Shown piece by piece: positions 36,994-49,313 of a stretch of DNA of 64,000 nt; the stretch's first letter is position 1; every line of letters begins with the position of its first letter. The notes beneath the pieces are model-generated. The model had not been told where the DNA came from, made no database searches, and saw nothing but the letters and a program-made list of their open reading frames with translations. The DNA is taken from the sequence record MZ234025.1. One strand, given 5' to 3'. The position numbers and the translations under genes were made by a program. The DNA comes from Escherichia phage vB_EcoM-172859UKE1.

Positions 36994-39900
36994 TTATTCA
37001 ATCCACTCGAATTTAACAGATTTATTCACAGGGTCTGGAATAATGCGGACATTACCAATCCTTAAGAAATCCCTTATTGTCAAGTTTCCGATTGTTGCAT
37101 TATCAGAAGGTAAAGCACCAATATCAGAAGGTTGAGGAGGGTTTCCACCATCAAATACCTGAACAAAACTTGACCAAGAATTTTTGGTTTTCTGCCATGT
37201 ACGTGTCCAACGGGTTGTACGTGCTTCTGGAGTTGTTGGATAAGTAATCCAATCTTGGTAAAGTGAATCAAGTGTGTTACCAAACTGAGTCAGTGTACCA
37301 GGAGATTTAACTTCTTCGCCACGTTCTAAGTATGGAAGCCCAGTCACTTCATTAGTTTTTTCAACCATTTTAAAATAACCTGGGAACTGGTTATAAGTGG
37401 CTGAATCGTTAATATCAATTGACCAGAATCCTACATTATCAGATGTTGGCGCACGGGTATATAAATCGGATGTTTTAGTACCCTGAGAACGAATTCTCGA
37501 GTTAACAGTTAAACCGCCTGAATTTATAGTAGCACCTTTGGCAATGATTAAGCCTTCACCAATCGTTACTTGGCCAGATGCATTATTAATAGCCAAAGGA
37601 CGTAATCCATTAAATCCGCCAGTCTGATCACCCGATGCAGTGAGCATAAAATAGGTATTAGCAGCATCATTGCGAATAAAGAATCCGTAATCACCACTAA
37701 TTGCTCTGAAAGCATTTGCAGACTTGCTAATGAATTCACCATTGGCTGTAACTGAACGACCAAATGTTGCAACGCCATTCGCATTTAACGTGCCTGAAGC
37801 GTTAACATTTATTGGCATCACAGTACCGTTAATGCTAAACGTTATATTCCCAGCTTTATTACGTTGAGAATAAAAGTGATTAGATGTTTCATCACCAACT
37901 TCAAACACAGTCGAACGAGACGTATCACTTCCACCACCAAACTGATTTCCCCAAACTCTGATAGACATCGTCTGCGCTGGGTTAGTTCCAGTCTGAGGTC
38001 CTTTTTCAAAAATCAGACGAGTTGCCGTTCCGGTATTAGAAATAGTTAATGTACTATTTGCCGAAACTGAACCACCAAACGTAGCAGTACTAGATGATAC
38101 AAGAGGGGCACTCAGATTCGTTTGTTGAGTTAAGGTTAGTGAACCATTAACCGTCTGTGCAATGTCCCTACGAATGAACTGAGATGAATCTAGGCCATCT
38201 AATAAATTTGCGTCAGCAGCTTTTGCTTTTAATGGCAAATAGTTAGCAAGTACACGGTTTAATTCATATGGTGATACCGCATAACTATTTTTCTCATATG
38301 ATTCTAAAGGTTGTGTTGAACCAACTGTATCATTACCAACAAATGTAATAGAACCGGATGAAGTTTTAACGAATCCACGAATCGCCGTAGTAGCAGCCCA
38401 TGTCGGTTCAGACTGGACAATCCATTTTAAATTCTTAGGAGATACAGCAGTATTAGCAGAAGTTCCTGTTACAGTTTCAGCCTGAGTAGCAACCTTAATT
38501 ACGCCTTCAGACGTTTCAGTGGACTTAGTCCCTAAAAGCTTTTTAGGAGTAATAAGAACATCATCTAAAGTTCCTGCATTAGATTCTGCCTGGGTCGCTA
38601 CGCGAAGTGTACCACGTTGTGTTTCATTTGCTTTAGAAATATCAAGAGTATAATGGTTCCACAAGGTTCCTTCTTCAATAAGTCCGGAATCAGAATTAAC
38701 ACTGGTACGGTCAGAAGAATCAAAATGAGTTTTAATTTTCAGTGGAGTTGAGATACGAGTATCATCAGTTCCAGTATCAAATTCAACTTGCGTAGCAATT
38801 TCGGCTATGCCGGATAATCCTTCCGTAGCTTTCCTATCATTTAACGTCTTAGGCGTTACTGCACGTGTATAATCAGTCCCAGCATTAGTTTCTGTTTGCG
38901 TAGCAATTTCAATTAAACCAATACGTCCATCAGTAGATGTTTTCTTATGTAGTGTTTCAGGAGTTACTACAGCGTGAGAATAACCTGCTTGAGATTGTCC
39001 AGCAATTACTTCACTATCAACAGCTAAAATTACTGCACCTTGTTGAGCATAAGTTGCTTTATATTGGTCAAGGGCTTTAGGAGAAATAGTTAAATTATTT
39101 ACGGTTTTATTATAAACGTTAGTGCCTGCGGCCCCACGAGTTTCAGCAGGAGTAGCAGAAGTAGTTGATACATATTTAACTATACCAGATAGTGTTTCAG
39201 AACCCTGACGTGCCTGCAATTTCTTAGGTGTAATAATCGTTGTGTCATCAAGACCAGCATCGGTTTCAGTCTGAGTAGCAATTTCAGCAAGTCCGCGACG
39301 AGTTTCAGTTGCTGTACGCTCATTTAGTTTTTTAGGCGTAACAATAGTATCGTCAACAAATGTTGCTGTGGAATTCTGGTTAACTTGTGCTGTTGTAGCA
39401 ATTTTAGCGATACCACGTCGAGCTTCAGTTGCTGTACGATTTGCCAACGTTTCAGGAGTAATAGCCACTTCTTTAGCTGGAGTATTCTCTAAATCAACAT
39501 TTGCTTGCGCTTGAGTAGCAAGAGCAATAACACCTAAACGAGCTCGTGTAGCATCAGTTCCAGCATCAACACGTTCTACCGTAGGGACATTCTGTTGCAC
39601 AACCCAATAATGGGTGTCAGAATCGGTATCTTCAATATATGCTAATTCTAATACAGGAACATATGAATTAGTACCATTGAATTCCAATTCAGTAACAGAA
39701 ACCCATTGAGCATCAGGTGGATATTCAGAACGTTTAGGGAACTGAAGCAATGCAACAGAAGAAGCAATTGTATCACCTTCGGCAGCTTTAATTTTTACTG
39801 TTTGGCCTTTACGCATGTAGTTCATTGAAATTTTAACAGTGTCACCACTCAAAATTCCGCTAGGCAGCGTAAGAGTAATAGTTCCGGTTGTAGCGTTATT

Positions 39901-40869
39901 TGTGCCAAAAATAAGAACTTCTTCATTTGGACGAATATTTGAATCCGCACGGATAATACGAAGACGCGATTTCTGGTCGCCTTCCCATATACGCCATAAA
40001 CTATTTGCAGCATCAAAAACAAAAAACGCGTCAGAGTCATTTCTGCCTTCGGCAATATGAGTCCCGACTTCACCAATAGACGTTGTATCATCAAATGTTT
40101 TAACAATTGTATGATACAGTGGGTTTAATCCGTCTAAATCAACTAGGTGGATTATATCACCATTGTTAGCATTACGTGGAAGTGTAATGTTGATTGGTGC
40201 TGCACTAGTAAAACGACGAACGATAAAATCATTTGCTTGTGCTTGATATGGTGTCGCAGGTGTAACAGTGATTGATTCTTTACCATAATCAGTAATATAC
40301 ATCTGCCACAAACGATTACTAAACACAAACAATAGTTGTGAACGTGGACGCGTCATTAAAACTGTACGAACTTGTTCACCTCTAAAGTTTAAAATACTCT
40401 GCACAGACGCGTTAATCTGTACTTTAACTGTCCCGGTTCTTCCACCAATATCAGCCAAAACAACAGTATCACCATCAACCGGCGCATTTGGCAATGTGAA
40501 AACCATATCATTGCCGGCACCAGTGTTAACTGAAATCGATTCACCTGAAGAAAGTTGATAAGTCCCAGAAGCGACAGTTATCCATTGTGCATCGGTACGA
40601 ACTGCACGCCATTGTAAAAGGTTAAATGCCCCGGAAGGAGACACGATATCATTTATTGCTTGATATAAACGGTTGTCATAAAGAACAACAAATCCTTTGT
40701 TATATCCACGCGTAGAATCATATACTTGAACGGTGTTTTCTTGTACCAGGAAGTCAACGTTTACGCCATCAGTACCTACTGTACGGTCGGCTAATGCTAC
40801 GTTAACAATCTTGTCGCCACCGGCGTCCAGACCGTCTTCGGCTCTGAACTTACGTTTGATGTCGGCCAT
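36994..40869 (-). CDS. 34: gp34 long tail fibre proximal subunit
   Basis: 1291 aa with about seven ~40-aa internal repeats (...IATQ.E...GTDD..I.TPKKL). Confidence 0.9.
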   Translation of the reverse strand: MADIKRKFRAEDGLDAGGDKIVNVALADRTVGTDGVNVDFLVQENTVQVYDSTRGYNKGFVVLYDNRLYQAINDIVSPSGAFNLLQWRAVRTDAQWITVASGTYQLSSGESISVNTGAGNDMVFTLPNAPVDGDTVVLADIGGRTGTVKVQINASVQSILNFRGEQVRTVLMTRPRSQLLFVFSNRLWQMYITDYGKESITVTPATPYQAQANDFIVRRFTSAAPINITLPRNANNGDIIHLVDLDGLNPLYHTIVKTFDDTTSIGEVGTHIAEGRNDSDAFFVFDAANSLWRIWEGDQKSRLRIIRADSNIRPNEEVLIFGTNNATTGTITLTLPSGILSGDTVKISMNYMRKGQTVKIKAAEGDTIASSVALLQFPKRSEYPPDAQWVSVTELEFNGTNSYVPVLELAYIEDTDSDTHYWVVQQNVPTVERVDAGTDATRARLGVIALATQAQANVDLENTPAKEVAITPETLANRTATEARRGIAKIATTAQVNQNSTATFVDDTIVTPKKLNERTATETRRGLAEIATQTETDAGLDDTTIITPKKLQARQGSETLSGIVKYVSTTSATPAETRGAAGTNVYNKTVNNLTISPKALDQYKATYAQQGAVILAVDSEVIAGQSQAGYSHAVVTPETLHKKTSTDGRIGLIEIATQTETNAGTDYTRAVTPKTLNDRKATEGLSGIAEIATQVEFDTGTDDTRISTPLKIKTHFDSSDRTSVNSDSGLIEEGTLWNHYTLDISKANETQRGTLRVATQAESNAGTLDDVLITPKKLLGTKSTETSEGVIKVATQAETVTGTSANTAVSPKNLKWIVQSEPTWAATTAIRGFVKTSSGSITFVGNDTVGSTQPLESYEKNSYAVSPYELNRVLANYLPLKAKAADANLLDGLDSSQFIRRDIAQTVNGSLTLTQQTNLSAPLVSSSTATFGGSVSANSTLTISNTGTATRLIFEKGPQTGTNPAQTMSIRVWGNQFGGGSDTSRSTVFEVGDETSNHFYSQRNKAGNITFSINGTVMPINVNASGTLNANGVATFGRSVTANGEFISKSANAFRAISGDYGFFIRNDAANTYFMLTASGDQTGGFNGLRPLAINNASGQVTIGEGLIIAKGATINSGGLTVNSRIRSQGTKTSDLYTRAPTSDNVGFWSIDINDSATYNQFPGYFKMVEKTNEVTGLPYLERGEEVKSPGTLTQFGNTLDSLYQDWITYPTTPEARTTRWTRTWQKTKNSWSSFVQVFDGGNPPQPSDIGALPSDNATIGNLTIRDFLRIGNVRIIPDPVNKSVKFEWIE

Positions 40870-40899
40870 TCGTTTTTCCTTTATTGTTTCAATAATACT

Positions 40900-40907
40900 T
40901 ATTTATA
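40900..40907 (-). promoter_or_regulatory. Late promoter TATAAATA (minus strand) upstream of gene 34
   Basis: Plus tatttata 40900-40907. Confidence 0.6.
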
Positions 40908-40910
40908 CCA

Positions 40911-40950
40911 GTTTACGCTTTCAAATGAGTATGTTACTATAGACAAGTTG
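40911..40950 (+). promoter_or_regulatory. Early promoter of rnh (GTTTAC 40911-40916, ...TACTATAGAC)
   Basis: Divergent from gene 34 late promoter. Confidence 0.5.
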
Positions 40951-40972
40951 ACTAACTGAACAAGAGGTTCAT

Positions 40973-41890
40973 ATGGATTTAGAAATGATGTTGGATGAAG
41001 ATTACAAAGAAGGTATTGCACTTGCCGACTTTAGTAACATTGCATTGGCAGCTGCATTAAACAACTTTGAAGACGGCGATAAAATTACTGTTCCGATGGT
41101 TCGTCATGTAATCTTGAATTCAATTCGTAAAAACGTAGTGATGTTCCGTAAGCAAGGCTATACAAAATTTGTATTGTGTATGGATAATGCTACTTCAGGT
41201 TATTGGCGTCGGGACTTTGCTTACTATTACAAGAAAAATCGTAAAACCGATCGTGAAGCTTCAAAGTGGGATTGGGAAGGATATTTTACTGCACTTCATC
41301 AAGTCGTTGATGAGATTAAGAAATATATGCCATACGTTGTAATGGATATTGACAAATACGAAGCGGATGACCATATCGGTGTATTAACTAAATATTTGTC
41401 ATTAGCCGGTCATAAGGTATGTATTGTTGCATCAGATGGCGACTTTACACAATTACACAAATATCCTAACGTTAAACAGTGGTCGCCACCACAGAAAAAA
41501 TGGGTTAAAATTAAGAACGGTTCTGCTGAAATTGATTGCATGACTAAAATTCTTAAAGGTGACCGTAAGGATGGTGTCGCATCGATTCGAGTTCGTGGCG
41601 ACTTCTGGTTTACCAGAGTTGAAGGTGAACGAACTCCAAGCATGAAAACATCAATTATTGAAGCAATTGCTAACGACCGTTCTCAAGCTGAAGTATTATT
41701 AAGTGCAGAAGAATATAAACGGTATCAAGAAAATTTGGTTCTCATTGATTTTGATTATATCCCTGATAATATTGCTTCAACCATTATAGAGTATTATAAC
41801 TCATATAAACCACAACCTAAAGGCAAGATTTATTCATACTTTGTAAAATCTGGTCTTTCTAAATTAACAAGTGTAATTAATGAATTCTGA
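40973..41890 (+). CDS. rnh: RNase H (5'-3' exonuclease/FEN)
   Basis: 305 aa; N-terminus and length match T4 RNase H as recalled. Confidence 0.9.
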   Translation: MDLEMMLDEDYKEGIALADFSNIALAAALNNFEDGDKITVPMVRHVILNSIRKNVVMFRKQGYTKFVLCMDNATSGYWRRDFAYYYKKNRKTDREASKWDWEGYFTALHQVVDEIKKYMPYVVMDIDKYEADDHIGVLTKYLSLAGHKVCIVASDGDFTQLHKYPNVKQWSPPQKKWVKIKNGSAEIDCMTKILKGDRKDGVASIRVRGDFWFTRVEGERTPSMKTSIIEAIANDRSQAEVLLSAEEYKRYQENLVLIDFDYIPDNIASTIIEYYNSYKPQPKGKIYSYFVKSGLSKLTSVINEF

Positions 41891-41897
41891 GGTAAAC

Positions 41898-42167
41898 ATG
41901 GCTAAGAAAGAAGCAGTTGAATTTAATCAAGATGTGCATGGTGAAGAACTGGCTAAACTAGTCAAGGAAGCTTCCGATAACAAACTTAAAATTTCTGGTT
42001 ATAATGAACTGATTAAAGACATTCGTACTCGTGCTAAAGAAGAGCTTGGCGTCGATGGAAAAATGTTTAATCGTTTGTTAGCTCTTTATCATAAAGACGC
42101 TCGTGACCAATTTGAAGCTGAAAATGAAGAGGTAGTCGAGCTTTATGACACAGTTTTCACTAAGTGA
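41898..42167 (+). CDS. dsbA: DsbA double-stranded DNA-binding protein (late transcription enhancer)
   Basis: 89 aa from ATG 41898 (SD tgaggtaaac); T4 synteny. Confidence 0.7.
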   Translation: MAKKEAVEFNQDVHGEELAKLVKEASDNKLKISGYNELIKDIRTRAKEELGVDGKMFNRLLALYHKDARDQFEAENEEVVELYDTVFTK

Positions 42168-42483
42168 TATTAAACCGGTTGATGAGGCCGGTTTATCTGA
42201 ACAAGAATTAGCAGTAAAACACGATAAAGATGATATCGCTAAATTGCTTGACCGACAAGAAAACGGATTCATTATCGAATCCATGGTTGAACAATTTGGT
42301 ATGTCTTATTTAGAAGCAACAACTGCTTTCTTGGAAGAAAATTCTATTCCAGAAACACAATTTGCTAAATTTATTCCTACAGGAATTGTTGAAAAAATTA
42401 CAAGCGAAGCAATTGACGAAAACATGCTTCGCCCATCAGTTGCTCGTGGTGAAAAAACTAATACGTTAGATTTCTTATTATGA
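42145..42483 (+). CDS. 33: gp33 late-transcription coactivator
   Basis: 112 aa, T4 length and position. Confidence 0.8.
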   Translation: MTQFSLSDIKPVDEAGLSEQELAVKHDKDDIAKLLDRQENGFIIESMVEQFGMSYLEATTAFLEENSIPETQFAKFIPTGIVEKITSEAIDENMLRPSVARGEKTNTLDFLL

Positions 42484-43133
42484 TTAAAATACGCATGCCT
42501 CCTGATGGAGAACGTTATATTAACGGAAAATCGGTATACAAACTATACTTGATGTGCAAACAACATTTTAATGGTCGGTATGACGTAATCAAATATAACT
42601 GGTGCATGCGTGTTTCGGATAATGCGTATCAAAAACGTCGAGATAAATATTTCTTTGAAAAACTAGCAGAGAAATATAAATTGAAGGAACTCACCTTGAT
42701 ATTCATAAGCAACTTAGTTGCTAACCAAGACGCATGGATTGGTGAGATATCAGACGCTGATGCATTAGTTTTCTATAGGGAATATATTGGACGTCTCAAA
42801 CAAGCTAAAGAGTCGTTTGCTGAAGACGTACGTAACATCTACTATTTCAGTAAGAAAGTTGAAGTTAGTGCGCTTCAAGAGATATTTGATTATAATAACA
42901 ACGTTCAGTCGAGCTACATATTTAAATTGCTACAAAGCAATATAATTTCATTTGAAACTTTCTTATTGTTGGACTCATTTTTGAATATTATAGATAAGCA
43001 CGACGAACTCACCGATAACTTAGTCTGGCAAAATTATTCTACCAAATTAAAGGCATATCGAAAAATACTTCAAATCGATGGAAATGCTGCTAAGAAATTG
43101 TTCATAGAAACAATCAAATCATGTAAGTATTAA
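42480..43133 (+). CDS. 59: gp59 helicase loader
   Basis: 217 aa, T4 length and position between 33 and 32. Confidence 0.85.
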   Translation: MIKIRMPPDGERYINGKSVYKLYLMCKQHFNGRYDVIKYNWCMRVSDNAYQKRRDKYFFEKLAEKYKLKELTLIFISNLVANQDAWIGEISDADALVFYREYIGRLKQAKESFAEDVRNIYYFSKKVEVSALQEIFDYNNNVQSSYIFKLLQSNIISFETFLLLDSFLNIIDKHDELTDNLVWQNYSTKLKAYRKILQIDGNAAKKLFIETIKSCKY

Positions 43134-43162
43134 GCTTTATTTCTTGTGTGTTAAAATTACTT

Positions 43163-43170
43163 TATAAATA
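43163..43170 (+). promoter_or_regulatory. Late promoter TATAAATA upstream of gene 32
   Basis: Exact TATAAATA about 80 nt upstream of ATG. Confidence 0.55.
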
Positions 43171-43251
43171 AATCATACCAGCTACGAGGTATAAGTGTCG
43201 TAGCAACCAACTGTAAATAAATTAAATAATCTAAATAAAAGGTAATAATCC

Positions 43252-44154
43252 ATGTTTAAACGTAAATCTACTGCTGACCTCGCTGCTCAAATGGCTAAAC
43301 TGAACGGTAACAAAGGTTTCTCTTCAGAAGATAAAGGCGAATGGAAGCTGAAGCTAGATGCATCAGGTAATGGTCAAGCGGTAATTCGTTTCTTGCCAGC
43401 AAAAACTGATGATGCACTACCATTTGCAATTCTTGTTAACCACGGTTTCAAGAAAAATGGTAAATGGTATATTGAAAATTGCTCTTCTACACACGGCGAT
43501 TACGACTCTTGTCCTGTATGTCAGTACATTAGTAAAAATGACCTGTACAATACCAACAAAAATGAATATTCTCAACTGAAACGTAAAACTTCTTATTGGG
43601 CTAATATTCTGGTTGTTAAAGACCCTCAAGCTCCAGATAACGAAGGTAAAGTATTTAAATATCGTTTCGGTAAAAAGATTTGGGACAAAATCAATGCAAT
43701 GATTGCTGTTGATACCGAAATGGGTGAAACTCCAGTTGATGTTACTTGTCCGTTTGAAGGTGCCAACTTCGTTCTGAAAGCTAAGCAGGTTTCTGGTTTT
43801 AGCAACTATGACGAATCTAAATTCTTGGGTCAATCTGAAATTCCTCGTATTAATGACGAAGCATTCCAGAAAGAACTATATGACCAGATGGTAGACCTTA
43901 CTACTTTGACGGCTAAAGACCAGTTCAAATCCTTTGAAAAATTAAATGAATCTTTCGCTAAGGTTCTTGGTACTGCCGCTCTTGGTGGTGCAGCAGCCGC
44001 AGCAGCTTCTGTTGCAGATAAAGTTGCTTCTGACCTTGACGATTTTGATAAAGACATGGAAGCCTTTAGTTCTGCAAAAACTGAAGATGACTTCATGAGC
44101 TCTACCTCATCCTCTGATGATGGCGACCTCGATGACCTGTTAGCTGGTCTATAA
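43252..44154 (+). CDS. 32: gp32 single-stranded DNA-binding protein
   Basis: [23 protein letters not shown]...; Zn-binding C-x-H...CPVC; acidic C-terminus; ~85% identity to T4 gp32 as recalled. Confidence 0.95.
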   Translation: MFKRKSTADLAAQMAKLNGNKGFSSEDKGEWKLKLDASGNGQAVIRFLPAKTDDALPFAILVNHGFKKNGKWYIENCSSTHGDYDSCPVCQYISKNDLYNTNKNEYSQLKRKTSYWANILVVKDPQAPDNEGKVFKYRFGKKIWDKINAMIAVDTEMGETPVDVTCPFEGANFVLKAKQVSGFSNYDESKFLGQSEIPRINDEAFQKELYDQMVDLTTLTAKDQFKSFEKLNESFAKVLGTAALGGAAAAAASVADKVASDLDDFDKDMEAFSSAKTEDDFMSSTSSSDDGDLDDLLAGL

Positions 44155-44160
44155 TAAATT

Positions 44161-44182
44161 GGGAGACTTCGGTCTCCCTTTT
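44161..44182 (+). terminator. Terminator gggagacTTCGgtctccc + ttttg after gene 32
   Basis: Perfect 7-bp stem, UUCG loop. Confidence 0.7.
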
Positions 44183-44208
44183 GAGTATCTGTAAATTGCC
44201 GAAAAAGT

Positions 44209-44245
44209 TGTTTACTTCTTCCATGGATGTGTTAGTATAGACCTA
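44209..44245 (+). promoter_or_regulatory. Early promoter (GTTTAC 44209-44214, ...gttagtatagacctatc)
   Basis: tatagacctatc cassette shared with promoters at 2971, 16245, 27963. Confidence 0.5.
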
Positions 44246-44267
44246 TCAACAACATGAGGAAATCAAA

Positions 44268-44660
44268 ATGGAAATCGGAAAATCTTATATCATTAACCCT
44301 TTATTTAAAGACGACTTTGTTCAAGAAGCACCACATAATAACGCTAAGATGTTAAAATTGATTGAACTCCACGGGCCTAGTTTTGTTGTAAACGGAATGG
44401 AACCTGATTATGATAGCGATACGTCAAACGTAGTAAGTGTAACTATGGAAGATGGTACTGTATGTTCTGCCGGTGGTGAAATTGAAACTTATTTTGAGAT
44501 TTATCCTGACGAGTTCAAATACTTTATTGAGGTAGATTTAGTAAAGCCTCAATCTACTAACGAAGGTATAGCTTTAGGTGTAACAAAAATCCATTGTATC
44601 GTAGATGAAACCAACGTCGACGAAATCATCAAACTTTTGCAAAAAACCTTTAAAAAGTAG
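44268..44660 (+). CDS. hypothetical protein (130 aa, frd.3 position)
   Basis: SD catgaggaaatcaaaATG. Confidence 0.5.
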   Translation: MEIGKSYIINPLFKDDFVQEAPHNNAKMLKLIELHGPSFVVNGMEPDYDSDTSNVVSVTMEDGTVCSAGGEIETYFEIYPDEFKYFIEVDLVKPQSTNEGIALGVTKIHCIVDETNVDEIIKLLQKTFKK

Positions 44661-44722
44661 TGTACAACAAGATAGGGTTATGTTATAGTAGCCCTATCAA
44701 ATCAAAAGTGAAGGAGAATAAA

Positions 44723-44971
44723 ATGAGATTGCAACGACAGAGCATCAAAGATTCTGAAGTTAGAGGTAAATGGTACTTCAACATCGTTGGTAAAGACGCT
44801 GAACTCCTTGAACAAGCTGAAGAAGCTTTACGTGAAATGGGTTGGAACGAAGAATGTGACGGATGTCCACTCTACGAAGATGGTGAAAGTGCAGGATTCT
44901 GGATTCACCACTCTGATGTTGAATCGTTTAAAGCTGATTGGAAAGTTGTTAAGAAAAATCTGAGGAAATAA
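44723..44971 (+). CDS. hypothetical protein (83 aa)
   Basis: ATG 44723 after gaaggagaataaa; ORF-track start 44660 precedes the promoter. Confidence 0.45.
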   Translation: MRLQRQSIKDSEVRGKWYFNIVGKDAELLEQAEEALREMGWNEECDGCPLYEDGESAGFWIHHSDVESFKADWKVVKKNLRK

Positions 44972-44973
44972 TT

Positions 44974-46660
<1,687 letters not shown>

Positions 46661-46915
46661 ATGATTTTACGTTTTATTAATTCATATGGCACCACAATTT
46701 TTGAAATGAAAAATCCTACCGAACTAGATATCCCTTCACCGAATAGTGAAATCACAGTTAAAGGTGAACGATTCATTTGTTATTCACATGAACGAATTTA
46801 TGAATATCGTGAATTCTGTGGTGGATTCGGTATAGAAAAAGAACCGTTGGTTTATTTCAATATCACAGTCTTGACACCTAAAGAATATGAAGAAATTATT
46901 GCTGAGGATAATTAA
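46661..46915 (+). CDS. hypothetical protein (84 aa, nrdA.1 position)
   Basis: ATG follows td stop directly. Confidence 0.4.
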   Translation: MILRFINSYGTTIFEMKNPTELDIPSPNSEITVKGERFICYSHERIYEYREFCGGFGIEKEPLVYFNITVLTPKEYEEIIAEDN

Positions 46916-47002
46916 CGCTTCAGTTTAAAAGTGTATAATAAATTAACGGGATAAATACTATCCCGTTTGGAGTAATGTCTATCAACCTATACTGAGGAAT
47001 AT

Positions 47003-49258
47003 ATGCAAGTAACTAAGAGCAGTGGTGTATCCCAAAATTTTGATGCACAGAAAATTATTCAAGTCTTAACTTGGCAATGTGAAGGAACACAAATTGACCC
47101 ATATGAATTGTACGAAGAAATTAAGACCCATCTTGTCGATGGGATGAGCACCAAAGATATTCAGAAGATTTGTATTAAAGTTGCAGCTAACTCGATTTCT
47201 GTCGAAGAACCTGATTATCAGTATGTCGCCGCCAAAGGGCTAATGTTTGCACTTCGTAAAGATGTATATGGGCAGTTTGAACCGCCTGCTTTTATCGACC
47301 ATATTTCTTATTGTGTTAATGAAGGCAAATATGACCCTGAGCTGTTGTCTCAATATTCAGCAGAAGAAATCATTTATCTCGATTCACAGATTAAACATGA
47401 ACGAGACTTTGACCTGACTTATGCTGGTGCTATGCAGCTTAAAGAAAAATATCTAGTTAAAGATAAAACAACTGGGAAGATTTATGAAACTCCACAGTTT
47501 GCTATCATGGCTATTGGCATGGCCTTACACCAAGACGAAACTCATGACCGTTTGAAACATATTATTCGTTTTTATGATGCCGTTTCTACTCATCAAGTTT
47601 CATTGCCAACCCCAATTATGGCAGGTGCTCGTACTCCAACTCGCCAGTTCTCTAGTTGTGTAGTTATTGAAGCCGGTGATTCGTTAAAATCTATTAACAA
47701 AACTTCAGCATCAATTATTGAATATATTTCTAAACGAGCTGGTATTGGTATCAACGTTGGTATGCTTCGTGCAGAAGGTTCTAAGATCGGTATGGGTGAA
47801 GTTCGACATACGGGTGTTATTCCATTCTGGAAACATTTCCAAACTGCAGTAAAATCTTGTTCTCAAGGTGGTATTCGTGGTGGTGCTGCTACAGCGTATT
47901 ATCCGATGTGGCACTTAGAAGTAGAGAACCTATTAGTTCTGAAAAATAACAAAGGCGTGGATGAAAACCGTATTCGACATATGGACTACGGAATTCAGAT
48001 TAATGACCTCATGATGGAACGCCTTGGTAAAAATGATTATATTACTTTATTTAGCCCTCACGAAATGTCAGGCGAACTATACTACTCGTTCTTTGAAGAT
48101 CAAGATAAATTCCGTGAGCTTTATGAGAAAGCTGAAAAAGACCCAACAATCAGAAAGAAAAGAATCAAAGCACTAGAACTCTTTGAATTGTTCATGACTG
48201 AACGTTCTGGTACTGCTCGAATTTATCCACAGTTTGTTGATAACACGAATAACTACACTCCATTTATTCGTGAAAAAGCTCCAATTCGTCAGAGTAACTT
48301 ATGTTGTGAAATCGCTATTCCAACTAATGATGTGAATGGTCCTGATGCTGAAATTGGTTTATGCACATTATCTGCTTTTGTATTGGATAAATTTGATTGG
48401 CAAGACCAAGATAAAATTAATGAACTTGCTGAAGTACAAGTACGTGCACTTGATAACCTGTTAGACTATCAAGATTATCCGGTTCCAGAAGCTTTAAAAG
48501 CTAAAAAGCGTCGTAATCTTGGTGTTGGTGTTACGAACTATGCTGCATGGTTAGCTTCTAACTTTGCTTCATATGAAGACGCTAACGATTTGACTCATGA
48601 ATTGTTTGAGAGATTGCAATATGGCCTTATCAAAGCTTCAATCAAACTCGCCAAAGAAAAAGGATGTTGCGAGTATTATTCAGACACTAAATGGTCTAGA
48701 GGCGAATTACCTATCGACTGGTACAATAAAAAGATTGACCAAATCGCAGCCCCGAACTACGTCTGTGACTGGGAAGAACTTCGAGCTGAACTCAAAGAAC
48801 ATGGAATTCGTAACTCAACGTTGTCTGCACTCATGCCTTGTGAGTCAAGCAGTCAAGTATCAAACTCTACAAACGGGATTGAGCCCCCACGTGGTCCAGT
48901 AAGTATTAAAGAATCTAAAGAAGGCAACTTCCGTCAGGTTGTTCCTAATATAGAACATAACACGAGTCTTTACGACTACGCGTGGAAACTTGCTAAGAAA
49001 GGTAATAAACCTTATTTAACCCAAGTTGCTATCATGTTGAAATGGGTGTGCCAATCTGCTTCTGCTAATACTTACTACGACCCTGCAGTATTTGAGAAAG
49101 GTAAAGTGCCAATGTCAGTAATGCTTGACGATCTGCTTTACTTCTGGTACTTTGGCGGAAAAAACCTCTACTATCATAACACTCGTGATGGGTCAGGTAC
49201 AGATGACTACGAATTAGAAACACCTAAAGCTGAAGATTGTTCTGCTTGTAAGCTTTAA
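47003..49258 (+). CDS. nrdA: ribonucleotide reductase class Ia large subunit
   Basis: 751 aa; ATP-cone N-terminus; C-terminal CxxC... Confidence 0.95.
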   Translation: MQVTKSSGVSQNFDAQKIIQVLTWQCEGTQIDPYELYEEIKTHLVDGMSTKDIQKICIKVAANSISVEEPDYQYVAAKGLMFALRKDVYGQFEPPAFIDHISYCVNEGKYDPELLSQYSAEEIIYLDSQIKHERDFDLTYAGAMQLKEKYLVKDKTTGKIYETPQFAIMAIGMALHQDETHDRLKHIIRFYDAVSTHQVSLPTPIMAGARTPTRQFSSCVVIEAGDSLKSINKTSASIIEYISKRAGIGINVGMLRAEGSKIGMGEVRHTGVIPFWKHFQTAVKSCSQGGIRGGAATAYYPMWHLEVENLLVLKNNKGVDENRIRHMDYGIQINDLMMERLGKNDYITLFSPHEMSGELYYSFFEDQDKFRELYEKAEKDPTIRKKRIKALELFELFMTERSGTARIYPQFVDNTNNYTPFIREKAPIRQSNLCCEIAIPTNDVNGPDAEIGLCTLSAFVLDKFDWQDQDKINELAEVQVRALDNLLDYQDYPVPEALKAKKRRNLGVGVTNYAAWLASNFASYEDANDLTHELFERLQYGLIKASIKLAKEKGCCEYYSDTKWSRGELPIDWYNKKIDQIAAPNYVCDWEELRAELKEHGIRNSTLSALMPCESSSQVSNSTNGIEPPRGPVSIKESKEGNFRQVVPNIEHNTSLYDYAWKLAKKGNKPYLTQVAIMLKWVCQSASANTYYDPAVFEKGKVPMSVMLDDLLYFWYFGGKNLYYHNTRDGSGTDDYELETPKAEDCSACKL

Positions 49259-49313
49259 GACTTTTGATTATAATTTACTCATGGATGAGTTAATAACTAA
49301 GTGAGAAAATATA

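Noticed and set aside
37864-40060. Short ORFs on both strands inside gp34 (e.g. 37864..38049, 39839..40106)
   Set aside because: Alternative frames of the 1291-codon tail-fibre gene.
43417-44096. Minus-strand ORFs (138 aa and 88 aa) inside gene 32
   Set aside because: Gene 32 is unambiguous on the plus strand; these are antisense frames.
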